Assembly: GCF_036588685.1 (NCBI RefSeq)
Contig: NC_086376.1
Coordinates: forward strand, 26,412,001-26,476,000
DNA from: Mytilus trossulus
Taxonomy: Eukaryota
DNA length: 64,000 bases
Direction: 5' to 3'
Shown: positions 11,239-25,370 of the stretch, piece after piece
Layout of the letters: every line of letters begins with the position of its first letter
Position numbering within the stretch: the first letter of the stretch is position 1
Notes under the pieces: model-generated
Databases searched by the model: none
What the model saw: the letters and a program-made list of their open reading frames with translations, nothing else
Told to the model about the DNA's origin: nothing
Position numbers and translations under genes: made by a program

Positions 11239-13444
11239 ACTAGATTATAATCCTGGTACCTTTGATAACTAATCATTTACCTAGTATATACTATATTCAT
11301 ATCCAAACTTTATTGCGCGTTTGGCGCGAATACATAATTTCAATCCTGGTATATATGATAAGTTTAATGGCATTGCCATTTGTATTTCTTTGTGTAAAGA
11401 TGCAGTCTGTCGAACTGGCCAGTATTTTTGGCACCTCCTGTTATCCCTTTAAACAATCATTGCATATCAATCTCAAAATTGTTTTAATATTTTAAAGATC
11501 TTTTGTTTTATACAATGTGTGTTGATTGCCACAGTATATTATTATATGAAACCTCATCAACAGTATGTCCCATCCTGAAATGCAGTTCAAGTCAGTTGTC
11601 TGTAGCTTTGTTTGAATCTGGTTGTGTTTTATATCATTTAATACAGAAGACATATTTCCTGATTGTTTAAATGTATTAAAAAAGTGACAGAATCGAGTCT
11701 TGCAAGTTAAATTATTTGAAAAATGTGAAAGAAATGAAAGAGACTATGTTAGCATGCAAAAGAAGTATTTGAAATATAAATAATTCAATAATTGCTTTAC
11801 ATTTCATAATGCAAACAAATATTTGTGGTTGCTAGCGCATAATTATTAACATTTAGGTCCAATTCTTGTAATTACTAACCTCTATTTTATCTAAACTTCT
11901 ATAAACGTGTTACAATTTGAAAAAGAAACGTGCACTTACGTTAATTAAATGCAATCATTAATATCTTCTTTGAGATCTAATCAACTGTGATAATCTTTGA
12001 AGTGTCAAGACTGTTAGATAATAACAAATACTTTGATCATACATTTTGTTAAGTCGGTATCTCATAGGCGTATACCCTACATTTCTGTATATAAATTTAG
12101 ATCTGAACCTTAGGCAGAAAAACAAACATTTCAAATTTGATTGATTTTTATACTATTTCTAAAGAGAAGGTTCACATAAATTACTGCAGGGCTAAAAGTT
12201 TAGTACTGCGAACCCGCATTTCGTCTACACATATTTTAAGAATCATTTGTGACGCTCAAATTAAAACAGTTGAAGCAAAGATAAAGTATACCAGTTCATT
12301 CGTTGGCAAATTACATAACAGGTTAGTAAACATAAAAGGCTTGGTGGAATTGTTTTAAACCAACTTTCGATATCATGTGCATATGAAAACTAATTGTAAT
12401 TAGTCTTCTAGCCACTGTGTGCGTTTTTGTTTTCTTCGAGGATATCTCCAACAAGAGCTCACACAATTCTTGAACATAACGATTTAAGAAATTGAAATTT
12501 AGGGTAATTCGACCTCATTAAATTCGTATTCGTGTGAAATTCAATTAAAACCCTTAGCAGAGATGAATACCGCATCCATTGTTCGTGTCTAACTATTCAA
12601 AGGATAAGAATGTCAACATTGAAAGTGAAAAAAGGTAAACTATTTGATTGTCTGACTCGATCCACAAAAAAAATCATTCTTATACAGGTAGAAACAATAA
12701 TTTACATATATTTTTAATCTAAAATAAGAAATTAAAAAGACCAAGAAAATTCAAATGCACGAGTCCGATATCTATATTTACATTTACATCGCTTATATGA
12801 CAATCAGAGGTATTAGGAGGTCAACTAGATGGCGTTTAGACTAAATTGCACACGAAAAAAACTACATATTTTCGATCTCATGTCCGGTATATTGTTTATT
12901 TTAGATTTTTTATAATTTTAATAAATGTTTTATATTGTTATAAATCTAATATGAGAATTTTTGAGTCAAATCGGTGAACATGTATTTGACAGCTAACGCC
13001 ACTTTAAACGCCTCTGTTAAGCGCCGCTTTTGCGCTATTTTGTGTACGGAGAAACCTACTGACCTTCGATAGGAAAACTGACAATCCGAGTCAATTAAGA
13101 TTGTAGTCGAGTGCACCTGTACAAGCGGGATTCGAACTCACAACCTCAGTATTGACTGACTAGTGATTTCAGTATTAGAACTACTTACTCGACTGTCCCT
13201 TTGGTATCTTTCGTTCCTCTTCTATGATAATTGGTAATAATAGGATAATTTGCAAAATTGATACAAAAAATTAGTGCAATTTATAAAAACAAACTTATGA
13301 CTTTCATCACACCATCGTAAGACACCTCTCGTGCAGTCCTAACTGTCCGAGCAACTTTAAAAGATGTTCTCATTTATAACCATTTTGTAAAACCCACTTT
13401 GGAATAAGATATGTCGTAAGTACGGGCCGCCGAATGGGACTCTT

Positions 13445-13680
13445 GTGGTTTTGTACTCGAAATTCAATTTTGTACGGACAAAAGTGAGTTTTGTTCAATA
13501 AAAATGAGTTTAGTTTAACAAAATTTGCAGCATACTACAAATTTAGATTTTGTCATACAAAGTTATCTTACAGTGGACAATAGTTACTTTTGTCATGACA
13601 AAATTCTTTTTTGTAAAACAGACTTTACTTTTGTTAACTTATTAGAAAATTGGGCGACAAAAGTCAATTTTGTATGCAAA
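13445..13680. repeat. Array of about 20-bp mini-palindromic units TTTTGT-N3/4-ACAAAA
   Basis: e.g. TTTTGTACGGACAAAA, TTTTGTCATACAAAG, TTTTGTCATGACAAAA. Confidence 0.6.
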
Positions 13681-15544
13681 TAGGTTAGTTTGGATTCTGT
13701 GAACTAAGACATGTCTTAGAATGGTCTATCCAAAGACATGTCTTAGTTCTAAGACAGTTTTATGAAACTTGTCCCAGGTTTTGTTCAACATGTTTTATTG
13801 ATCCTTAGTAGCGTGCTTACTCAGAAGTTGTAGTAACTATTCTTAAAACACTAGTGATTCAGATTATAACACAAAGTTCATCGCTGTACCCCATATTTTT
13901 TTTTACCTTTTTATCTATAATGTCTGTTCGTTTTGTTCACACATCGTTGTCAATAAAGTGGAATTTAATCCTTCTGTCATACAACGTTATAATATTGTCT
14001 TATCTTGCCATTATGATTGATGATCTCAATGTTTTAGTCTCGGTGAATGTCTTCTTTTTGACGATCTTACCTGCATTCCCCTTTATTCGTAGATAAAAAC
14101 TGAAACATACGGCAAAACAAATCATTAATCAAGACGGCATTGATTTAAACAGAAATATCAATTAGGTCGTTGCCTTTAAGGGAGTTCAGCATTTAATACT
14201 TTTAAAAAAGAGTCATCAATTTATCTTATCTCATCAATATACATTTTTTTGTTATTACTGGATAATAATATATATGGTCAGCGTAATTATACTAAGGCTG
14301 TTTTTGTATTGTTTTGTAAATAGGACATTTGAACTCCAATCAATTGACATAGTATGTTTTTATTTTTTCTACATCGTTCAAATATTTTATATTTAACAGA
14401 GAATTAAACATATTAAGTATTTCCATAAAATTAACTTTGATATTGTATAACTGTTAAATGATTTATAACAGTGAATGAAGTTAACTTCGTAAGTATTGAT
14501 ATTACCCAATGATTTGAACCTTTCCAAAATCAACGACATAAAAATTCTTAGTTTAAACAATAATTTGTTAAAAAATGAAAATTTGACAAATGTAGGACTT
14601 CGCATAAGTTTAAAATCCAGAAAAGCACTTTGGACCGGCACCAAATTAAGATAATTTTGTCGTCTTGCACTAGACAGCTACCGCTGCTGAAGGACTGTAT
14701 GTCATCAATGGCATCATCAACTTAAAAGTCACAATCTTCCATTCAGAGTTATCGGTCCTTGGTTTCTGGTGCTTTGGTACTTACATTATCTTTAACTGTT
14801 TAACATGCTTGTCTTAATTCATCCGTTTATTACCTAAGAAAGTATTAAGAATGTACCAACTCCCTGTCCTCATTTTAAGTTTCCTTTGAATAATTTGAGC
14901 TTTAAGACAACATTGAACCAATACATTTGTCGGTGATCTAAGATCAATTAATTTAAATCCGTAAACATGTCTTTTCCAATTAAACAAAAATTCCATAAGT
15001 ATCAAATCCATATTCACTTTATGATTAATATTTTGACAGCTATTTAGGCCAGGTTAGCTTTAAGTGATTTGTACGAAATTACCCTATAAGGTTACCATGA
15101 AAATTGAATCGCAGAAACAATGAAATTGACATCTTTGTGATGTCATGGTTTTTTTTTTCGGAGTTCAATATTCTCCTTATTCTTCCAAAAATCCATTTAC
15201 ATTTAATCTTTTTAATCTTTGTCGATATATCTTAATACCTGTTACTTTCAAATTGTTGTTGTTTACAAGTTGAAACTTTTCATATAGATTTATTTACATG
15301 TGAAAATAGTGTTTATCTCGATTCTAGTTCTTAACCGAGTTTCGATCTGAAAATTACTTTCAGTTCGTCTATCATACATTATGCGGTGGTGTACTTTTAC
15401 TGCTTCATGTTGTTTCTAGATAACATCATTGATATGGCGTAAAGAAAAAAAAATGACCGACCATCATCATACTGTGTAGCTAGTTTAAAGCCATATGAAA
15501 CAAGTTGCCGGTAATTGTACTGTCCTGGGTGCACGGTTTTATAC

Positions 15545-15802
15545 TTTTTTTAGACAAAACGCGAGTCTGACGCAAATACAAAATTTCAATCCTGGTATCT
15601 ATGATGAGTATATTCACTACCTCTGGGTCGATGCCACTGCTGGTAGAGTTTTTAATCCCTCCGAGGGTATCACCAGTCTAGTAGTCAGCACTTTTGTGTT
15701 GACATGAATTATCATTAATATGGTCATAATTATAAATAAACTGTTTTTCCAAAAGTTTGAATTTTTGAAATACTTATTAAGGCTTTTCTACCTCAGGCAT
15801 AG
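15545..15802 (+). mobile_element. Degenerate retrozyme fragment
   Basis: CTGGGTCGATGCCACTGCTGG...GAGGGTATCACCAG homology; hammerhead 3' half only. Confidence 0.75.
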
Positions 15803-15807
15803 ATAAG

Positions 15808-16621
15808 AGTTTAGAAGCATATATACATCTTGCACTGGATAGATACCGCTGCTGATATATTGTATATCATCGATGGTATTGTCGGCTCAATAGTCAGGGC
15901 TTCGATACTAACATGATGTTATTTTACATATATGTACCTTTTTTAATTCTCTTAAAAAATATCATGGGGAATGTAACATTTCAACTCCTGAATTTTAAGT
16001 TGACCTTTGATGGATTAAGACTTAAGACAACATTGAACCAATACATTTGTCGGTGATCTAAGATCAAGCAATCTAAATCCGTAAACATTTATTTCTCAAT
16101 TAAACAAAAGTTCCATAAGTATTAAATCTGTATTCACTTTATGATCAATATTTTAATAGTCATTCAGGTCAAGTTAAATGAACGAAATTATCCCGGTTAC
16201 CATGACAATTGTATCGCGGGAACAATGAAATTGACAGCTTTGTAATGTCTTTGTTTTTCTTCGGAGTTCAATATTCTCCTTATGCTTAAAATTCATTCAT
16301 GTGTTCTTTGTCTATATATCCTCACCTGTCACTATAAAATTGTTGATATTTACAAGTTGAACTTTTCATTTAGATTTATTTACATGTGAAGCTAGTGTTT
16401 ATCTCGATTCTAATTCTTAACCGATTTTCGGTCTGGAGGGTAAACGCGATATAAAAAAAGTACAATGAATTCGTCTATACATTATGCAGAGAGTCCTAAT
16501 GTCTTTATTGCTGCATGTATACTACTGCAGTATAGCGTTGAGCTGGTGTAAAGAGAAAAAATGACCGACCATCAGTATATGGTGCAGCTGGTTTAAAGTC
16601 ATGTGAAACAAGTTGCTGGTA
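15808..16621 (+). repeat. Partial third copy
   Basis: Matches 14663-15513 and 8690-9260 (TTAAGACAACATTGA.CCAATACATTTGTCGGTGAT). Confidence 0.88.
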
Positions 16622-19600
16622 GCCTCCATGAACGACTTTTAGACGACATTTATTACGAACCCATAATGTATTATCGACATCAATTAAGTCATTCAGTGAT
16701 TGATGATCGAGAACTTTGGCTGTTAAAACGTTTGGGTAATGATGCCGAACTTGACTTTTTCATTCGTCGTTGTTTCTCGTTTCCTATCGCCGTATACATA
16801 ACGTTGGCAAGGTAAGGGAAGACAACATTTCAATAATAGAAAGTTGATAAACTATGCAGGGTTATGTTGAAGACTGTTTCGTCCCTTTTCTTTAAATTTT
16901 GTTTACATCGGAAGATATCAAGACCTCGTTGATATATATATTCCTTATTAACTTCACAAATAATACTCGATGGTCTAGATTCTAGGTACTGACGTTGTTT
17001 ATCATCTTTATTATGTGTTATAGTGGTCTTTTATTTGTTTGTGAATATTTTTAACATTAACTGTTGAGTCATTTTGTGTGATGTCCATGTGACGTGGCTC
17101 GGTACTTATACATCCCTTAATTGTCATAGAGTGCTATGGAACATTGTTGTGTTCCTTCTTTCGTTTTTGCTTTGTGCTTTTTTATATTCTTTTCTGTTTT
17201 TCTTTTTAACATAATCGTTTGTTTTTTATAGTGATTAAAGATTGTACCACTATTACTGACATTTTTACCAGTGATAGAAATAAGAAGATGTGGTATGAGT
17301 CCCAATGTAACACTCTCCAACTAAGTCACAAAGTGTAAAAAGTAAACCATCATAGGTGAAAGCACGGTCTTCAACACGGACCTTTGGCTCACATCGAACA
17401 CTTAGCTAAAAAGGGCCCTTAATTGACTAGTTTTAAACAATTCAAAGAAAAAAAACATCAGTCTTATCTACATGAAAAGGATATTGTGTCTGTTTTTTTC
17501 ACAGATTGTTGTCAATATCATAGAATTTAATGCCACTGTCATACATACAAGTGAGAGGTTCAACTAGCTATAAAACCAGGTTTCATCCATTTTGTACATC
17601 AGAAAATGCATGTACCGAGTCAGGAATATGACAGTTGTTATCCATACGTTTGTTGAGCTATAGATGTCTTCCATTTGATTATGTATTTTCCGTTTTGAGA
17701 TTTCCTCGGAGTTCGGTAATGTTTCTTGTTACTTTTTATAAAAACAGATCCGGTAGATAATGATTTTTTACGTATAAGCCTAATAACAACTATGTGAAAA
17801 TCGATACATCAAATATGCTATAAATAACTTATCAAGTGATAGCCCTTCCAGAAATAGCCACGAAAAAAAACCAATTCAGAAAACTATCATGCAAAACAAC
17901 AGTTCGGGAGGGGTTGTTCTATCCTAGAGCAATCAGAAAATGGGACATATTGTACAACTGTAAGGTCTCTGACTCAAGTCTGAAACTTTCAATGCTCAGT
18001 TCAGTCAGCTAATCAACTGACATCTTTTATTTGCACCTGTATATAAACTTCAACCAGTTTTTGTTCTTTTTATCAAATTTCAAAATTGTTTTCATGCACT
18101 CATTCCAAAATTGTCGTTTACCAGAAGAAGAAGAAGACTATGACTATGTTGACATGTTCATTCGTTTGCAAATTTAATGAATGAAACTTTGGAGTAAATG
18201 AAAATGTATGTACTTTAAAAGTACATGATGGCATTATTTGCTTTCATTTATTTGTAATGTACAAGTGTTTCTCACTAATTTAAATAATAGTAAACCCTTT
18301 TTATTTGATTACTGAACATGAAACTGGATTATGTTGTGTGAGTATTTACTAACGGTGGTTTCTTAAATAATTCATAGTACTTGTTAAAAGTTGTTTAAAT
18401 AATACTACTTTGAACCAAATGAATTTAATTGATACAAAAAGATATCTTACGCAAGTGTTAATCTTTAATTGAATATTTTACCCTAGGCAATTAAAATGTA
18501 AACACTCACCGGTCACCGGATCAAGTGCCATCTTTACCATATGGTATAAAGAATTAAAAAAAACATCCAATTTCACTGATTCTCCACTACGAATTGTTTA
18601 AATGTGTTTTTGATCTTGGAAAATATTTTAGTATTGAAAGTCAAAACGACCAAAGAACTGAAATCAGTGTACGTATGTAATTTTCATATTGAGATCGAAG
18701 TTAAAAAAAAATCAAATGTACTGAAATATAAAGAAATTTGATATCGTGAAAATATTTTAAAATACGGCTTACCGCATAAGGAATGTATGACTAGAGAGAT
18801 AACGGATCATATTCCATAACAGCGCCGACAACATCGCAAGTACATGCAAAGGGCGGGTGGGGGTGGGGCGGGGGCTTTTGCGGAGAGGAACGGTTAGTAA
18901 AAAAACTGACTTTGAGCTCACATTTTGTTTCAGCTCAAAACTATTGAACTTGAGGTATATTTGAGATAAGAACTTTTAAAAATGAGGATACCAAGACAGA
19001 CATGCATAAGTTATGACAAAAAGTAAGAACGAATAAAACTACAAATAATTTAAATAGTGAGAAATTTCACAAATATCAGTTTGATATAAGAGTAATCAAT
19101 TTCCCGTCAAGCAGTGTATAAAACATAGGAATACTATTTATTCAAGTTCTTCAATTCATTAGTTGTATATTTGTAACTGAGCTGTAAAAAGAGACAAACA
19201 TGACACAAGCACGTCACAGAATATTTTAACAGACGATCGTAAATTATACAAAATACTTTTTTTTTTACATTATTATGTAGCACTTATGCACTGCGCTCCC
19301 CTGAAGCACAAGACTTGTCGGCTATCTTGAAGAATTCCTGACAACCATGCATACTATTTGACAGGTTTATAGCAAGTAAATAAAATATATGATCTCACGA
19401 AGTTAAAGGGTGCCTTCGCATGGGTTGGAAAATCCACCTTAATATAAAAGACCTTTGACTTAATTCACTTTCATGTATTGATTTATGGACTTCGTGTTTC
19501 TATGTGAATTCAAAGTTAACCGATTGAAATCGGTTCGAACTTATATTAATCGTTTCGTACGACAAAAATAAAGAAACCATCATAATGTATCAGAGAGAGA

Positions 19601-19961
19601 TTTATTTGCCATATCAAAATGTATTGTATGATATTTTTTTTTGAAATCATAATTAAAAAATTCGTCCGAAGTTCACAGGAGTTCTTTGTTACAGATGTAA
19701 ACACCTAGAATTATTGTATTGTGATACTTTGTGAATTTTAATATAGAAAGGCATTCAAAGCAAATCAACCAAATTGCTAACATGCGGAATAGAAAATAAT
19801 TATAGATGTCAAAAATGAAATAGTTTGAATACACATAAATTGATGTTTTAATAAACGAAACATATCTTTCTGTTATCAACAGGATAACTGCATACTTTCT
19901 GTAGATCGAAATGTGATTTACGCATAATACATAAATATGCTCTTCTCGTTGACTATCTATT

Positions 19962-20075
19962 TAAGGAATGACTGTAATATTTTTCTGTCTAAGAAGAAAT
20001 AACATAAAAAATGTGGTGCACACTGAATAACGCGTTATTTCGAATAGAGAGAAAAAATATTACAGTCTTTTCTTA
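19962..20075. repeat. Imperfect palindrome (about 30-bp arms)
   Basis: GACTGTAATATTTTTCT...AGAAAAAATATTACAGTC. Confidence 0.75.
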
Positions 20076-20887
20076 TAATTTAATTCTAAATTCCATTTTT
20101 AACCGTAGAAAACCACGAAAAAACGTTGATGACGCCACGGTCACATGACTAAATTATGTCTATGGGCTGATAACAAAATAACGTCAGTTAATCAGAAGAT
20201 GTGTTACATTCAAAATTAAATTATTAGTTCATGTTATTAACAAAAAATCCTTCTATTATTTATGATATTTAAAAATATTTAAGACTGCATGTTATTTTCT
20301 ACATGCTTCAGGTTATTTTTGTCCTTGAATTGCTGTACGCCACTTCTTATTTAATAATTCCTTGGAAGGTTTGATCACACGCTCTGGCATGACCCGAAGA
20401 ACAAATTGTATCCAAAATTTTAAGTTATGCAAGTTTCAAGCGACAGCTATTTTGTGTCCATGGTCTACGGTTTGTATCTCTTGTCGCATATATATATTAA
20501 TATGAAGTTTTATACGACACGTAACGAGAAATTTTATTCGGGGTATGTTAGTTTGAAACCTTGACCTGCTGGTGGTATTTTTGTAACCTATTTAATGTGT
20601 TCGAGGAATCATATATACCACACCTTATCTATATAGCGATTATACGCGATACTACGCCATGGCGTTGTCAGTTTATTTTTGATTTATGAGTTTAAGTGTC
20701 CCTTTTGTATCATTCGCCCCTCTTTTAAACCGTTTTTAAAACTTTTGCTTTCGACTCACTGCAATTCATTAAGTATTTTTATGTTTATTTTACTTTCTTC
20801 GTTCTTTTTGTTTGACAAAGATATATAGTTTTCTCTGATGTACAATAGTAGTTCATGTTTATAGTTATCATGTACTTTAATGCAGAA

Positions 20888-21036
20888 GTAAACAGAATAG
20901 TATATTTCCTAGTAACCTATAATAACACTACATCAAGTTAATATTCTCCAAACAAAGGGAGCTAACCTATTTCCTGGCAACCTGTATAGTTATAAACCCT
21001 TTGACACCATTGATCTGCACTAGTCATATTGTTTAC
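20888..21036 (+). promoter_or_regulatory. Candidate promoter with two RFX X-box-like and two forkhead motifs
   Basis: ATTTCCTAGTAAC 20904-20916, ATTTCCTGGCAAC 20969-20981, GTAAACA 20888-20894, TGTTTAC 21030-21036; possible donor CTG|GTATGT at 21097. Confidence 0.4.
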
Positions 21037-22694
21037 GTTGTGAAACTGGACAAATAAAAGTCACATTTTATGTGACTGTACTTATTGCACTGTCTGGTAT
21101 GTTTGCAGTCGGTAAACTTTGACCATTCCTTACAAAGTGGACTTGGTTTTCTGTTAAATTATTGTATTGTTATACTTTTGAAATGTGTCTGCAGAAAATC
21201 AGACTAATTGTTATGCGAATAATTATTGATTAAAAAATTGACATGCGTTGTCTACATCAAAAAGTAATAAGACATATATAATTAAGACGCAAACTATTTT
21301 CTTGCAACATCCGAAGATTGAGCCACCATTTCGATAGGAAAGAAAATGTTGCTTCCAAACTGAATGCGTTATCTTCATATACAGATCTTCCAGTTTAATT
21401 CAAGCTTTTTTTTCTTTTTTTTTTTAACCAAATGATGTTTGTGTCTTGATACGAGAATTGCGAAGCGACAGAACAGGGTGATATAGGCGAAGGGAAATAC
21501 GATAATGTCTCCTCTCGCATTGTAACGTCGCTAATTACTTAAAATTCTCCTCTCACATTGTGACGTCGCTGATAATGCCTTGTCTCGTTTTGAAGCCTTG
21601 ATACGAGAATTACGGAACAACAGAGCAGGGTGATATAGGCGTAGGAAAGGACGATAACTTCTAATTTCTGTGTCATTTGGCCTCTTGTTCAGAGTTTTCT
21701 TGTTGGCCTTCATACAACATCTTCTTATATATGTATATATATGCATAAAAACAACATTGTACAAATATTTATGAACATTAAAATGCACTGAGGTATTTCA
21801 TATCTTTTTAATTAAAAAAAATATCCGTTTATAAGTATGTTAAGACATTCAGTCTTTGTCATTACAAACAAACATTACTACTAGTAGTTATATATATATA
21901 GATTTCGTAATGCATTAAAAGTCAATATGACGTAATGTGGTAAATGAAGGATAATGTACCCGTTTGTTATTAATTCCGGTACATTAAAAGACCATTCCAT
22001 TTTTTGACCCGATTAATAATTATGAAATCAACAAATGAAAACATGTTGATACTATAAATTAACTCTAATACACTCATTGCATAGGATTCCTTATAGAGAT
22101 TAAATATCCCTTCTATTGTATTAGCGGAGATTAGAAGAGACATATAATCGACTGTTTTTATAAACTATTTATCTGTTTTATATCTGATTTGGTTGACAAT
22201 GACATAAATTAAAGATTTTAAAAAAAATATTCATTCATCGAGATGTCTTGTTCTTATATTGTAAAAACATACTGTTTGATTTTCTGAATTTCATACTATA
22301 CCCGGTATAAGACGATTAAATGGGTGGTGAGGAATAAGCAATCTATATTAAAACATAATAATACTGTACCAGTCGTAATGTCGAATGTCGTTATATTTGA
22401 TTGAATTTGGATTATTCTTTAAAAAAAAGTGTTATTATAATGTTTTGTTGGTACACATTATCTGAAATAATAGTGGAAAATGTGTAAAATTTCTGCTGCA
22501 TCGTATAAATAAGAACACTGTGTGAAAGAAGATGTGGTATGATTTCCAATGAGACAGTTTTCCATTAGAGACCAAATAATACAGAAATTAACAACTATAT
22601 AGATGTAAGAAGATGTGGTATGAGTGCTAATGAGACAACCCTCCATCCAAGTCACAATTTGTAAAAGTAAACATACATATATACATGATGTATA

Positions 22695-23160
22695 TTATCT
22701 GCAGTAACAGTACAAGTTTTATGTTGTTCATCTTTGGGTTATGACCATCATACCTGTCTGCCCATATATATACATGAATAATATCAGCAGTATCAGTTTT
22801 CTGTTGTTAACTTTGGATCATAACTATCATACCCTTTCTGTCCATATACATATATGATATCTGCAGGATCAGTTTTCTGATGTTCATCTTTGAGTTATAA
22901 CTATCATACCCTTGCTGCCCATATACATGAGTAATATCTGCAGTATCAGATTTCTGATATTCATCTTTGGGTCATGATTATATTGGTCAGTCAGTTTTTG
23001 CCCATATACATGAATACTATCTGCAGTTTAAGTTTTCTGATGTTCATCTTTGGGTTATAACTATCATACCCTTTCCATCCATATACATGTATGATATCTG
23101 CAGTATCAGTTTTCTGTTGTTCATATTTGGGTCATGATTATATTGGTCAGTCAGTTTTGC
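22695..23160 (+). repeat. Minisatellite, six units of about 77 bp
   Basis: TATC(T/A)GCAG anchors at about 22696, 22782, 22858, 22935, 23018, 23095. Confidence 0.88.
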
Positions 23161-24051
23161 AGCGCATGATTCCCATTGTCTTCAACACTAAACTGATAAC
23201 TGAGTTAATATGTTTACTACACGAAGTGATTACTTTCTCTCTCTACATAAATATTTACAACTTAACATGATCTTTAAAGTCTTTAATGAACAAATAAAGG
23301 TTTAATATATTTAATAACGACATCAAAACAATTCAATATTGGTAGATAAGGAGAATATTGACCGCTGACAGGGTGTCCTTTCTTTCTATATATTTTAAGG
23401 TAAGGATGGTCTTTAAATAGACATGAGATAGGCAGAAAGCCATCTTTATATTAAATTAGGGGTTTATCTCTATAAAATGAACGTAGGTGTAAAGCTATAT
23501 AAGGATTCCTTGATAAACATTTAAACCTATCATTCTCGATAATCTATATTTGAGGTAAGATGTTTCATCACAATATCATGTATGCTATTCACTTGACTTA
23601 AATATTAGGTAAGGCACTTTTCAAGTTTGTAAACAAACGGAGGCGTTTAACAGACGGCTTCTTTTTAAACGTAACTTTTCTTTCTGTCAGACAAAAAATA
23701 AAAATATTAGCATCAAGATTTGTATTATCATGATGTTTTCAATGTTACATATAGACCTTGTCATAAAACCGCTGATGGTGGACTATATAGTATAAGGGCA
23801 TTATTCTATTGAATTTTTATCAGAGGATTTTATATCTTAAAAGTCCGTGCTTCGGTAGCATATGATCTATAACATGCATTTTAATCGAAGATAGTTTTAT
23901 TTTGGCCTAAACGTTACGTTGAAATGTTCCATTAAATTTTGAAGAAACAAATGACTTGCTGCATATATAAATAAGAAATAAGCAAACTAGATATTTAAAA
24001 AAGTGCTCATATTAGTAAATAGTTATCAAAGGTACCAAGCCAGGATTAAGT

Positions 24052-24095
24052 ACGCCAGACGCGCGTTTCGTCTACATAAGACTCATCAGTGACGC
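24052..24095 (-). ncRNA. Type I hammerhead ribozyme, intact, in a retrozyme fragment (about 24018-24147)
   Basis: Reverse complement is identical to the 35490-35533 motif. Confidence 0.9.
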
Positions 24096-25317
24096 TCATA
24101 TCAAAATAGTTATAAAGCCAAACAAATACAAAGTTAAAGAGCATTGTGTAAAATTGTCTATGATGTTGCTAAATTGGTCCAGCAATTTCAAAGTGATTTA
24201 TGGATTTTTTCTCTCTCCGGAAAAAAACCTTATCTATCGCATCACCATATATTTCATTATTTTTCAGAGGTATAATTTAATTGATAAACTACTTCTTGTA
24301 ACTTCTCTCTTTTTTTCCCCACCCACTAATTCATGGCTCTAAAGAGGTTGTAAAAATTCTATAAACCTGTATGATTTGGTCCTTAAATATATATCTTGTA
24401 ATCATGAATACACAAAGTATAGTTACTAATGTCATAGATAGGTATAAGAGAAGATGTGGTATGAGTGCCAATGAGGCAACTCTCCATCCAAGTTAAAATT
24501 CGTAAAAGTAAACCATTATAGTTGAAAGTATGGTCTTCATAGCCGTTTACCCATACCGTTTATTCGTCTCACCAGTCACTAGTCTCAGACATATAAATTA
24601 TATATAACAATAGATGATTGATCTTATATGGATTGGTCAATCTTAAAATCAAACTAAGAGATTTTTTAATTCGTTGTCCATTACAAATCTTTTAAAATGG
24701 GCATTACTTAATGCCATATCTCTATTTTCAATTAATTTATCTATATCTAAGTTTGACAGGCCATTAATGAATCTCTGAAGTGTTTGTTTGAGGTCTCAGT
24801 GATCCAAGGCCTTCATATATGATTCAACTTAAGAAAAATCTTAAAGCATGCCGACATACAAAAGGACTTTTGTTATTTTTACTAATGATCTTTTGACGTC
24901 ATTAAAGTCATTTGAAAATTTAAATTCCTTCGATTGAAGGTGGGATTTAAAAGTTGCGTGTTGGACACCTATTCAGTTTCCGCGTTACTTAAATAAACAT
25001 ATAAACATCCGATTCCAATTGGTATACCGCTTCCGATCATATGTATATATAAATATACACGCAGCAATTTTGTCATGATCAGTTTTAATTTATTCAATAG
25101 TAGAGGAATAATAATTTCAAATATTTAAGAAACTTAAAGTAAGTAAGAGTATATAAAAAGGTGCCTTTTCTTTCGGACAGTGAACTAATTATAGGGTAAT
25201 AATTTCTCTTGCGATTTCTTCTCTATTTTCAATGTACAAAGATTTGCTGTTATCACAGCATCATTTTGAACAAGTAATTTTTTTTATTATTAAACTGTTG
25301 ATTTTATTTCATTGCAG

Positions 25318-25370
25318 ATTGCATTTCTACATAGAGTTACCAACTTTGCTGTTTAAAAATTATTTCAGAG
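25318..25370 (+). other. Probable 53-nt 5'-UTR exon of the host gene
   Basis: TTTTATTTCATTGCAG acceptor and GAG|GTAAGT donor; contains no ATG. Confidence 0.5.

Larger units (their letters stand above)
10295..15513 (+). repeat. Segmental duplication, copy 2
   Basis: Collinear with copy 1; roughly 80-85% identity by eye. Confidence 0.9.

Noticed and set aside
12480-13007. Possible Kolobok-like element ending ...GCCACTTTAA
   Set aside because: Only one terminus recognisable; no matching TIR found
16603-16815. 70-aa ORF ending near AAG|GTAAGG as a possible exon
   Set aside because: No convincing acceptor or homology; cannot be supported without RNA data
22695-23160. Possible CRISPR array
   Set aside because: Whole units repeat, no unique spacers, no cas genes, eukaryotic context
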